DNA of 64,000 bases, from the NCBI GenBank assembly GCA_963758635.1, contig CAVWWD010000008.1, positions 480,001 through 544,000 of the forward strand. Direction: 5' to 3'. Each line of letters opens with the position of its first letter. The first letter of the stretch is position 1. The position numbers and the translations under genes are program-made. This document shows positions 21,529 through 30,888 of the stretch, one piece after another. The notes below the pieces were generated by a model, which saw only the letters and a list, made by a program, of their open reading frames with translations, was not told the origin of the DNA and searched no databases. Origin of the DNA: an uncultured Candidatus Rokubacteria bacterium (GTDB lineage: Bacteria > Methylomirabilota > Methylomirabilia > Rokubacteriales > CSP1-6).

Positions 21529-22513
21529 TGGACCGGCGAGCCTTCCTCGGCAGCTGCTTGCCCTCCTCGCCGCGCCGCTCGCCGCCGAGGCCCAGCAGGC
21601 GGCCAAGGTCGCTCGAATTGGCTGGCTGGGGGACAACCCGGCCGGTAACCCCCACCTGCGAGAGGCTTTCCTTCAAGGACTGCGTGACCTCGGTTACGTC
21701 GAGGGCCGCAACCTCGTGATCGAATACCGAAATGCCGAGGGGAAGTTTGAGCGGCTCCCCGCTCTCGCGGCCGAACTGGTTGCGCTCAAGGTTGATGTCA
21801 TCGTGGCCGCCAGGCACACCCGCCGCCCTGGCCGCCAAGCAAGCGACCCGGACCCTCCCCATTGTCATCGTTGCTGTCAGCGATCCGGTTGCGAGCGGGA
21901 TCGTCACCAGCCTTGCGCGGCCGGGCGGCAATGTCACGGGGTTGTCCGTTTTCGACCCGGAGCTCGTCGGCAAGTGTCTGGAACAGCTGCGGCATGTGGT
22001 TCCCGGGGTCAGTCGGGTGGCTGTCCTCTGGCAGCCAGGCGCCCTAGGCGAACGCTTGGACAAGGAGATGCTGAAGGGAGCAGAAGTCGCGGCGCTGGCG
22101 CTGGGGGTGCGGCTGCAAATCGTCGAGGCGCGAGGGCCCGCCGAATTCGGCAGGGCCTTCTCGGACATGACCAGGGCGCGCGCGGGTGCTCTGACTGTGG
22201 CGACAGGCCTCATGTTCTTCAATGAGCGAAGACGCCTCGTGGACCTGGCCGCAAAGAACCGGCTGCCGGCGGTGTACACATCGAGGGAATTCGTCGATGC
22301 CGGAGGCCTCATGTCCTATGGAGCGAACCGTGCTGATTTGTTTCGGCGCACCGCTACCTACGTAGACAAAATTGTGAAAGGGGCCAAGCCCGGCGACCTA
22401 CCAGTCGAGCAGCCGACGAAGTTCGAGCTGGTGATCAATCTCAAGACCGCCAAGGCTCTCGGCCTCACGATCCCGCCGTCGGTGCTGCGCGGGCGGACCA
22501 AGTGATCGAGTGA
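21525..22513 (+). CDS. ABC transporter substrate-binding protein (ABC_sub_bind type; frameshifts)
   Basis: MDRRAFLG signal; [32 protein letters not shown]. Confidence 0.85.
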
Positions 22514-22609
22514 CGCGACCGTGCTCGCGCGGAAGCGTCTTACGGAACGATCGGCCGGGGTAAGGCATGAGAGGGTCCCCGGCGGGTAGCATCGCGGGGA
22601 GGGGCGAGC

Positions 22610-22996
22610 ATGTTCTATTTCGAAGACCTGAAGGTCGGAGAGACCGAGTCGTCGCGGTACACGCAACTGACAGAGGCCGAGATCATCGAGTTCGCCTGTC
22701 GGTTTGACCCCCAGCCGTTTCATATCGACAAACGCGAAGCCCAGCGGTCGGTGTTTGGTGGGCTAACCGCGGCGAGTTGCCATGTGATCGCCGTCGCCAA
22801 CAGCCTGTTCCAAGACCTGCCCAAATTCGCCATGCTGGCCGCGTTGTCGCACGAGTTCCGATACCCGAGCCCTTTACGGCCTGATCAGCCGTTCCGGCTC
22901 GTGTCCGGGATCGTGGAGAAGCGCGATTCGCAGTCAAAGCCTGATCGCGGGATTGTCTTTCAGGAGAGCCGGCTCGTAACCGACCAGGAGTCGTAG
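22610..22996 (+). CDS. MaoC-family dehydratase (3' end probably frameshifted)
   Basis: YFEDLKVG...FDPQPFHID...FGGLTA...SKPDRGIV. Confidence 0.8.
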   Translation: MFYFEDLKVGETESSRYTQLTEAEIIEFACRFDPQPFHIDKREAQRSVFGGLTAASCHVIAVANSLFQDLPKFAMLAALSHEFRYPSPLRPDQPFRLVSGIVEKRDSQSKPDRGIVFQESRLVTDQES

Positions 22997-23562
22997 TCCT
23001 AGAGATGAGGGCTACCCTCATGGTCGCCAGGCGGCCTCAATCTTGACCGCGCCCCGCTGGGTTGATGAAGACGGCAAGCCGATGGCGACGCGCCCCTACC
23101 ACCGCTGCGGCACGCCGGTGCCGGTCGGCCACACCAAACGCCTCGAGTACCTCCGCATGATCGGCTGGCAGCTCTTCGCGGAGGCGTCAGATCGTCCAAT
23201 GGTGCGGCCATGCGCAGCCCTTCCTCGTCGTGCCGCATGTGGACGGCGTGCGGGCGGCGGTGGTGCCGATCTTCGGGGAGGCGGCGTGACGCTGCCGCCG
23301 GCGCCGAACAGCCCACCCATCCGCGACCCGCTGCTCCGGCTCTACGCGGCGGCGCTCGTCCTGATCTCACGGGGACCGCGCCGCTCGTCGGGTGGCTGCA
23401 ACGGTGATGCGGCTCGTTGGCCGAGACAAGTGCCCCCATCGCCGGCCGTCGTTGGCGTGACTGGCTGGCGCTGGCGATCGCGTTGGCCGCTGTGGTCGGC
23501 TTGGTGATCCATGAGCCGCGCGCTTCAGCGCGTCGGCCCCATACCTTGGTTAGGTTGGCGCC

Positions 23563-24880
23563 TCATTGATGTCCCGTCCCGAGCACATCGACGACGCGGA
23601 GCCACAGCGCGATGGTCTCCTTGTTGGGGTCCTCTGCCTGTCTGCGCACGGCCGTGTGAACGAGAACAAGGCCGCTCGTCGGATCGACGTAGATGGCTTG
23701 GCCGTGTGCACCGATCAGGGCGAACATGCGGCGCTCGCCATTGATGATCCAGGTCTGATAGCCATACCCCAATTGGGCCTCTGGCCATACGACGCGGAGG
23801 TCCGGGCGATCGGCCGGCACTGTGGTGGCCTCCCGCACCCAATCGCTGGGGATAATTTGCTTGTGACCGAGGCGACCGTCGTGCGCAAGAAGCAGTGCCA
23901 GCCGCGCGTAGTCGCGCAGCACAGCGTTCAAGCAGCAGTACGTCGCCTCCTGTCCGGCGGCGTCGATGATCCAGGTCGCATCCCCCTCGGCCCCCATCGG
24001 CTCCCAGAGTTTCTGGCGCAGGTATTCAGCCACCGTGCCTCCCGACCGCGTTCGAGAGCACCAGACCAAGCACCTGGGTTTCGGCGGACGAGTAGGAGAA
24101 GACCGCGCCGCCCCAACGGTGCCGCTGGTTGAATTGCCTTACCGCTGCCGCGCCACCAGCGCTCTCCTGAAGAATCGTTCCGAGCACGAGCCGCTGAGCG
24201 TCATCCGCCCCGGAATAGTTCTCTTCGAAGCGCACGCCTGAGGACATCTGCAGCAGATGCCGCAGCGACGTCCGCCCGTACTCGGTGTCTGCGAGCGCGG
24301 GCACATAGGCTGCTGCCGGATCGTCCACCGATCGGATGCGACCCTCTGAAATCGCGATACCGATCAACATCGCGGTCACCGTCTTGGCCATGGAGGCCGA
24401 AGTGAAACGATGACGGTCGTTGCGCCCGTACTGGTAGCGCTCGACCAGGATGGTGTCGCCGCGCGCGATGAGCAATCCGGTAGTGGGGTTGCGTGCCAGG
24501 TAGTCATCGATCGTGCGTTTCTGCCCGTCGTACATGTAAGAGAGGGCCGGCTCGACGGATGCCCGAGCGAGCCGCGACGGCGTGTCGGCGCGACGGATCA
24601 AACGTCCTTCCAAGAGCTGGTCGTAATGGCTGAAGATGCCAACGAAGAACCGGGGGCGATTGATGGCTTTGACCGGGTAGCCCTCGTTCGCACCGTACTC
24701 CTGGGCGTTCGGGCCGCCCACGGCGAAATGGGGTACCGAGTTGCGCGAGGATTCGGCTGGGGACGGTCCGGTCACTGCGGCGCGGTTCTCGTCTGGTCGC
24801 ATCGGCGACGCGCAGCCGAGCGTGACGATGAGGACGCTGAGGATCAGCCAACCGTTGTGCAGAGGTCTCGTTAGGCTCAT
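23563..24880 (-). CDS. Serine hydrolase, beta-lactamase class C-like (frameshift near 24050)
   Basis: SMAK (SxxK), FSYSSAET, LLQMSSG, GYGYQTW, GAHGQ; lipoprotein-like signal (LGC). Confidence 0.85.
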
Positions 24881-25494
24881 GGCCGCATCGTCCCCATGTT
24901 GACTGGTCACGATGACCTTCATCGGGCCCGCTGTGCCATCGGCTCCTGAGGCGGCCCGGCATCCGAGTCGCGCGATTATGTCACGGGGACGGGAGCCACA
25001 AGGAGGGCCGCCAGTCCGGTGATCCGTTCCTGGGCTGGACTACGCGACGCGCACGACGCCAGCAAGGGAGCGGAGCGCGAAGGTATCCAAACCCCTTGGG
25101 GAGTCGAACCCGTGTTCTCAGCCCACGGCTTCGCGCTCGGCGTGTTTAGTCCCGACGCCACGGCGGGCTTCAGACGGCTCACGTAGAGCCTGACGACCAT
25201 CAATCGCCCTTTCCGGTGCGCGACACGAGCGGACGCGGACGAGGGCGGTGACCGGACTCGGAATCAGCCCGGCAATCAACCTGTTAATTAAGATCGCCAC
25301 CCCCGAGGTAGGGGTGCCCTCCGCGCATCGCCTCCACGCGGATCGGTTCGGGGAGAGCACGTGGAGGATTTTCTGCGCCTGCTCCAGTGCGGCTCGCAAC
25401 ACGCCCCGTCCCGTAGCAGCCGCGCTCGGTTGAACATCGGGGGCTGTCAACGCCGGCGGATCCGTGGCAAGAGCTGGTCGGAAGGTGCCGTGCT

Positions 25495-25599
25495 CGCGAG
25501 CGTCGCGTGCTGAGCACCCGGAACCCAAAAATCGTGCCGCGCGTACAGGAGGCCGTTCAGCCTCCGACGCATCGACCCGTGGGGGGGCTGACCGGGGTC
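25495..25599 (+). repeat. ~105-bp diverged direct repeat, copy 1
   Basis: Aligns with 26751-26855; shared GTGCTGAGCAC palindrome, CCCAAAA(A)TCGTG and CCCGTGGGGGG(G)CTGACCGGGG. Confidence 0.85.
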
Positions 25600-26225
25600 C
25601 TCGGGACACTCTCCCGTCGCGGTCTGCGAGTGACTTCAAGTCCAACGGGCCCTCCAGACCAAGCGATCAGGAACGCCGAGGGCACGCGATCCGCGCCCAC
25701 GCGGGCAACAACCTCGAGAAGGCGGCGGCCATCTTCGGGCGCTCTGAGTTCGCCCTGCCGCCCCAGGACCTCCGGTTCTCGCCGTCAGGGAGCCGGCAGC
25801 ACGATGCCCGGGGAAGGGGACCGGTAACCCCATCCTCCGGGCATCTGGCGCGCGCTCGATGGCGCGACCGCCTCTCTCGCGCGGGCACACCGCGCATCCC
25901 GGTAGGAGCCGGGATTTGGTGAAACGGCGCTGCTACGGCCTCGGCGCCACAGGGGACCCGCCCCCATGGCGCCCATTTGAGCCGGGCGGCATGTCGTCCA
26001 TCGCATCTCCTCCTGCGGGTGCTCGCCAAGACCAGGAGACGGCGCCTCATCTCCCGTCAAGACTATTCAACTGCCGTCGCGCGGGAGAGTCAACATCTCG
26101 CGGCGCGCCGCGCGATCTATCTCCGTCCTCTTCCTGTGCGGTAGGATGGCGCCGACCATGGCATCAATTCGGACCGGAGCCCCCGCGCGTCTTTATCGGT
26201 AGCGGTGTGCCCCCGGGAGGTGCAG

Positions 26226-26612
26226 ATGCGGATCATACGGTTGACGGCGCTTGTGCTAGCCCTGGCGATGGGTCTTACAGTAAACGCAGGCTGGTCGCAG
26301 GGCTTCGGCTCCTCGACACCAGAGCGCTACTTCCGCGTGGAGGCCGAGGGCGGCCAGGGCCGGAGCGGTCGCCCCGTGGTCCGTGGCTACATCTACAACG
26401 ACAATGGCCAGGCCGCGGGACGCGTCCAGGTCGCGGTGGAGAGCCTGGATGCCGCAGGCCAGGTGATCAACCGGTCCATCCTGCCGCTCGACGGCATCGT
26501 GCCCGCGTTCAACCGGCTCTACTTCGACATCCGGGTCCCCACGGCCGGGGCCAGCTACCGCGTCAGCGTGTACTACTACGAGTGGCTCAAGGGCGGCGGC
26601 TCCGGTCAGTAA
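26226..26612 (+). CDS. Secreted FxLYD-like (Ig-fold) protein
   Basis: GGAGG RBS; signal peptide; VRGYIYND...VESLDAAGQVI...YFDIRVP. Confidence 0.6.
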   Translation: MRIIRLTALVLALAMGLTVNAGWSQGFGSSTPERYFRVEAEGGQGRSGRPVVRGYIYNDNGQAAGRVQVAVESLDAAGQVINRSILPLDGIVPAFNRLYFDIRVPTAGASYRVSVYYYEWLKGGGSGQ

Positions 26613-26750
26613 GCCGCGATTTCAAACGCGGGAGCCGGCGAGCGTATACGGGGTCGCGCGCGAGACCGAACTGTCAATCCAGGGGGCGCGGGTTCACGCG
26701 CCCGTCGAGCCCTACGCGCGCTGCCGCAAGGATGATGGAGCGACGGCGAT

Positions 26751-26855
26751 CACGAGCGTGCCGTGCTGAGCACGCGGAACCCCAAAATCGTGCTGCGCGT
26801 ACACGAGGGCCTTCAGACTCCGAGTCGTCGGCCCGTGGGGGGCTGACCGGGGGTC
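26751..26855 (+). repeat. ~105-bp diverged direct repeat, copy 2
   Basis: See copy 1; lies a few bases from the right arm-type repeats. Confidence 0.85.
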
Positions 26856-26862
26856 GGCGGCC

Positions 26863-26898
26863 GGTGCCACTCCTGGTGTCACTCACGGTGCTACTCAC
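26863..26898 (+). repeat. Putative integrase arm-type sites (right)
   Basis: Three 12-bp units GGTGCCACTCCT, GGTGTCACTCAC, GGTGCTACTCAC. Confidence 0.75.
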
Positions 26899-27033
26899 CC
26901 ATCGTCATCCGTCCTTTCCGGTCTCAGGTCAGCGCTCAAACCTCGCACAATTTCTGTCAGTCTCACGCTGGGATAGGGACGACCGAGCCGGACGGAGTGA
27001 GACGGATCGTTACCGGCGAAACTCGCCAGAAAG

Positions 27034-27081
27034 GGACTTCGAATCCGAAGGTCGCAGGTTCGATTCCTGCCGGGCGCACCA
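27034..27081 (+). repeat. att core: exact copy of the tRNA-Arg 3' 48 bp
   Basis: GGACTTCGAATCCGAAGGTCGCAGGTTCGATTCCTGCCGGGCGCACCA, identical to 11662-11709. Confidence 0.97.
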
Positions 27082-27321
27082 TGAAATCGGAGGCTTATAG
27101 CCCCGTCGGTCGCGGTCGTGGCCCCAAATTCGTTGTCCGCCTTCTCTCCGTAATCACGCCTTTCCCCTCAATGGGGGCCGCGGGCCGTGTCTGGCCGTTC
27201 TTCGAGCGCGGGGATCGTAAGGGCGGGCGCGGCGCCGTGAGGACTCGAGGCATAGACGCGCTCGAGTCTCCGCGCGCCCCCGTCCGGGCCGAGACAGCGC
27301 GGCGCGCTCGCGCGTGCGCGC

Positions 27322-28674
27322 GTGGCCGCCGTCGCGCTCGCGCTCGGCTGCCTGGCCTCGCTCGCGCTCGGCCAGTCCGCGGCCCCGCCGCCGGACGCCG
27401 AGCCCCCGGCGCGGGGCCTCGGCGCCTACGGCATTCGCGGCTCGCTGACGTACCGGAACTACTCGTACTTCTCCGAGACCGCGAATGACGACCAGAACTT
27501 CTACAACGAGGGGATCCTCACCGTCGAGTGGGCGAAGCGGGTGGCGCCGTGGGCCAGCGTGAGGCTCGTCGGCGAGGTGAGGGGCGACACCGCGGGGTTC
27601 GCCGAGGGCGTGCGCTTCGAGGTCCCCGACGACGCCCGGCACCGGAGCATCGTGGCGCTGAAGGAGGCGGTGGCCAACCTCCGCGGCGGCGCGTTCGAGC
27701 TGGGGCTCGGGAAGCAGTTCTACACCTGGGGCACGGCGGACGTCTCCAACCCCACCGACAACCTGAATCCGCGCGACTACATGGACCCGATCGACAGCGA
27801 GCGGATGGCGGTGTACTCGGTGGCCGCGCGCTACACGGACGGCGCGACCAGCGCGACGTTCGTCGTGGTGCCGGTCTTCACCCCGAGCCGGCTGCCCCTG
27901 GCCGACAGCCGGTGGGCGGCCGCGGCCGTCCAGGGCGCCAGCCAGGTCGTCGTCGACCCTCGCGACCAGCCCGACATCGAGCTGTCCAACGTGCAGTACG
28001 CGCCGCGGGTCAAGACCACCCTCGCCGGCGTGGACCTGTCGGCGAGCTACTTCGAGGGGTTCGAGTCGACCCCGGTGATCCGGATCTCCCAGCTCACGCT
28101 CGCGCCGCGCGTGGTGGTGCCGCGCGCGACGCCGGTGTTCACGCGCATGCGCGTGCTCGGCCTCGACATGTCGACGACGTGGCGGAAGTTCGAGTTCCAC
28201 GCGGAGAGCGCCTTCAAGTTCGTGGTCCGGGACGGGCGCAACGACCGATTCCAGGTCGTGGCCGGGCTCAACTACACGTGGGACGAGCTCGGGCTCTCCT
28301 GGCTGGAGCGCATCACGGTGGTCGGCGAGTACGGCAAGGAGGTCAACCTGTCCACCGCCGAGAAGTCGGGGATCCTCGGCACCGACGAGCTCGTGCGGCT
28401 CGGCCTGGCCCTCACCAACAACGCGATCCGGGACGGCGCGGCCGGCCGGGTGATCTTCCGGTTCACCGCGGACACGGAGCTGAAGCTGAGCGCGATCCTC
28501 GACTTCACACAGTCCTTCAGCTCCTACGTGCAGGTCAAGCTCACCCACCGCCTGTTCGACTCGCTACACGCCGAGGGGGGTGTGGACCTCTTCAGCGGAG
28601 AGCGAGGAAAGAGCTTCTGGGGCCAGTGGAAAGACAACGACCGCTTCTTCTTCTCGCTGAAGTACTTCTTTTGA
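27322..28674 (+). CDS. Outer-membrane beta-barrel protein (DUF1302-like)
   Basis: Signal peptide; LGKQFYTWGTAD..NPTDNLNPRD; C-terminal SLKYFF barrel signature. Confidence 0.7.
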   Translation: MAAVALALGCLASLALGQSAAPPPDAEPPARGLGAYGIRGSLTYRNYSYFSETANDDQNFYNEGILTVEWAKRVAPWASVRLVGEVRGDTAGFAEGVRFEVPDDARHRSIVALKEAVANLRGGAFELGLGKQFYTWGTADVSNPTDNLNPRDYMDPIDSERMAVYSVAARYTDGATSATFVVVPVFTPSRLPLADSRWAAAAVQGASQVVVDPRDQPDIELSNVQYAPRVKTTLAGVDLSASYFEGFESTPVIRISQLTLAPRVVVPRATPVFTRMRVLGLDMSTTWRKFEFHAESAFKFVVRDGRNDRFQVVAGLNYTWDELGLSWLERITVVGEYGKEVNLSTAEKSGILGTDELVRLGLALTNNAIRDGAAGRVIFRFTADTELKLSAILDFTQSFSSYVQVKLTHRLFDSLHAEGGVDLFSGERGKSFWGQWKDNDRFFFSLKYFF

Positions 28675-28687
28675 TGAGCCCCGCGCA

Positions 28688-28850
28688 GCTCGTCAACGTC
28701 CGCGGCTCCATGTGGCGCCCGAACGAGGCCGAGATGCGCGACGCGCAGACGGGCAACCGGACCGTCGTCACCGTGGAATCGCGCCGCCTCGACCAGGGGC
28801 TCAAGGAGAGCTTCTTCACCGAGGCCGAGCTCGTACGCGGCCGCCCCTGA
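28688..28850 (+). pseudogene. C-terminal fragment of a LolA-like lipoprotein-sorting protein
   Basis: WRPNEAEMRDAQTGNRTVV...DQGLKESFFTEAEL. Confidence 0.55.
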
Positions 28851-28913
28851 GCCGCACGTGCACTTCGTCTCGAACCCGCGAATGGCCGCGAGCTTCGTGA
28901 CGGCGTGCCGGCG

Positions 28914-29062
28914 ATGAGCGCCAAGATCTGCTCTCTGCTCCCCAGTGCGACGGATATCCACCGGCACATCACGACCGCGCTGCACGAGGGAAGCAGCCTC
29001 TACGTGCTCGACCAAGGTCTCCTCGAGCGACTCGATCCGGAGCTGATCCTGACACAGCTGTG
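28914..29062 (+). pseudogene. Internally deleted fragment of a cobalamin/iron periplasmic binding protein
   Basis: KICSLLPSATDI joined directly to HEGSSLYVLDQGLLERLDPELILTQ. Confidence 0.6.
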
Positions 29063-29640
29063 TACCCGAGGATCCCGTAGCCGATGGCCTGGTCGGCCAT
29101 CCACACGGCGACGGTGATCCGGATCGCGTCGGTCCGGGAGAGCGTCATCGCGGCGAGGACACCGAATGCCGCGAATGGAGTCGCGCAAGGAAAGACGAAG
29201 CTGAGCGCGCTCACGGCGAGGACCAGAAATGCCAGCCAGGCCTGGTGAGCCCATCCCGGATGGGGGGATCACGAGTCCATATCGAGTCTCTCCCTCTGCC
29301 TGGTGGTGCCGTGACGGTTCGCCGGCCGGATCGACTCGAATCTATGCTCCCCTCCGTGCCGAGGCAAGAGCGCCCGCGTCGCATTGTTTCCGCGGACGGC
29401 CCGTTCCCGGCGCGCCGCCCGCCAAGACGCCACGTGTGACGGCGCTCGAGACTGCGATACGATGCGTTGATCCGGGCCGCTCGGCTGGATCCGTCGGAGC
29501 GATGCGAGACGGCGCCTCGCCGGCCGTCTCCTCCAGCCCGGGGTCGCCCGCTCGGATGTTGACGCAAGGCGCGGGCGGGCGAAGCCCGGGCGCCGGCGGC
29601 CCGGTGACGCACCACCATCCAGGCATTCCTGGGAGCTAGC

Positions 29641-29858
29641 ATGCACGACGAGGTCACGCGCGAGGCATGGGTGCAGCAGGAGCGGCTTGCTGCGCGGTGT
29701 CGTCATGTCGCCGGAAGGTTCGAGCCGATCGATCTCCCGCGCCCGGAGGACCTGCTCGCGCGCTTCGAGCAGGGCGCCGCGCGGTGGCCGGACGCCCTCG
29801 CCCTGGCCAAGGGCGACGATCGGCTCTCGTACCGTGACCTGAACGAGCGCGCCAACCT
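29641..29858 (+). pseudogene. N-terminal fragment of an adenylation-domain (NRPS-like) gene
   Basis: ARFEQGAARWPDALAL...LSYRDLNERAN (A1 motif), cut off by a MITE-like copy. Confidence 0.75.
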
Positions 29859-29930
29859 CGTAGAATGCGGTAACCGCCGACGGGCCTCTACCGTCCCACC
29901 GCTCGGCGTTGGCCTGGTGCGCGGGGCTCA
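29859..29930 (-). mobile_element. MITE-like element, copy C (one end degenerate)
   Basis: Reverse complement TGAGCCCCGCGCACCAGGCCAACGCCGAGCGGTGGGACGGTAGAGGCCCGTCGGCGGTTACCGCATTCTACG aligns with copies A and B. Confidence 0.7.
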
Positions 29931-29954
29931 CCAGCTACCTCCACGGAGGGACTC

Positions 29955-30287
29955 ATGCTCTTCGTCTACCTTCTGATGGCTCTGATCGGCGTGGGCGCAT
30001 CGATCTTCGCGATCCAGAACATGGAGTCGGTGGCTGTGACCTTCCTGGCGTGGAGCACCACGAAGATGCCGCTGGCCTTCGTCATCCTGCTCTCGGCCTT
30101 CGTGGGGATCGTCTTCACGTCGGCGAGCGCGTTCGCGACGCAGTTCACGCAACGCCGGAAGATCCGGCAGCTCGAGGCCCAGGTGGCCCAGCTCCTCGAG
30201 GCCCGGCGCGCCGACGCGGAGGCCGCGCGGATCCGCGCGACCCCGCCGCCGGCGCCGCCGGCCTCGCCGGGCCCGCGCCCGAGCTGA
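29955..30287 (+). CDS. LapA (DUF1049) domain membrane protein
   Basis: FAIQNMESVAVTFLAW...PLAFVIL followed by a coiled coil. Confidence 0.8.
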   Translation: MLFVYLLMALIGVGASIFAIQNMESVAVTFLAWSTTKMPLAFVILLSAFVGIVFTSASAFATQFTQRRKIRQLEAQVAQLLEARRADAEAARIRATPPPAPPASPGPRPS

Positions 30288-30327
30288 TCGCGGTCGGGAC
30301 GCGCGTCCCGCGCCGCGGCAGCGACCG

Positions 30328-30726
30328 TCAGCTCGCCGGGGCTCCGCGCATCTCCTTGAAGACCCGGCTGGCGACGAGCATCGACTCGCGGATGATCGGC
30401 ACGCCCACGTAGCCGGAGAGGTGCAGGAGCACCTCGATCAGCTCGTCCTCCGTCCACCCCTGGCGGAGCGCCATCCGCAGGTGGATCGCCAGCTCGGGCT
30501 CGCGCCCGGTGGCGGCGTCGGACACCACGCAGATCAGCGTGCGCGTCTTGAGGTCCAGGCCGGGGCGGGACCACAGCGCGCCGAACACGGTCTCGGTCGC
30601 CACGTCGATGAACTGTCGCATCACGGGATCGCTGTAGGTCGTGCGGTCGGACTGCGCCACGAAGTCGTCGCCCAGCAGCCCGCGGCGGATCTCGCGCCCC
30701 TTGCGGTAGGTCTCGCTCTCGGCCAT
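30328..30726 (-). CDS. Carboxymuconolactone decarboxylase family protein
   Basis: FGALWSRPGLDLKTRTLI...HLRMALRQG...YVGVP. Confidence 0.9.
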   Translation of the reverse strand: MAESETYRKGREIRRGLLGDDFVAQSDRTTYSDPVMRQFIDVATETVFGALWSRPGLDLKTRTLICVVSDAATGREPELAIHLRMALRQGWTEDELIEVLLHLSGYVGVPIIRESMLVASRVFKEMRGAPAS

Positions 30727-30888
30727 CGGTGCCTCCTCGGTCGTGGTGGGACGGGCGTGCGCCCGCCGTGGACGGCGCGCGCTCGCGGCCGCGCCGGTCC
30801 GGTGCGGCAGCGTAGCACGGTTGCGCGGCCCCGGCGGCTGCGGTATCACCGGAAGTGTCGCGGCGCGCGAGCGCCGCGGCGCGCGCCC

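Larger units (their letters stand above)
11710..27081. mobile_element. tRNA-Arg-integrated genomic island (~15.4 kb)
   Basis: 48-bp direct repeat of the tRNA 3' part at both ends, adjacent integrase, arm-type repeats at both ends, several visibly more AT-rich segments. Confidence 0.9.

Noticed and set aside
23040..23560. Protein-coding genes
   Set aside because: Only short, frame-broken scraps without recognisable motifs
23563..24880. Antibiotic-resistance beta-lactamase
   Set aside because: The motifs fit the broad serine hydrolase family and nothing is specific for AmpC activity
27034..27081. Second tRNA-Arg gene
   Set aside because: Only the 3' 48 nt are present; there is no D arm or 5' acceptor strand, so it is an att site
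11710..27081. Intact prophage or ICE
   Set aside because: No structural, packaging, replication or conjugation genes recognised
29245..29640. Cobalamin riboswitch near the B12-binding-like fragment
   Set aside because: No B12-box or GGGAA/GCCACTG core found on either strand
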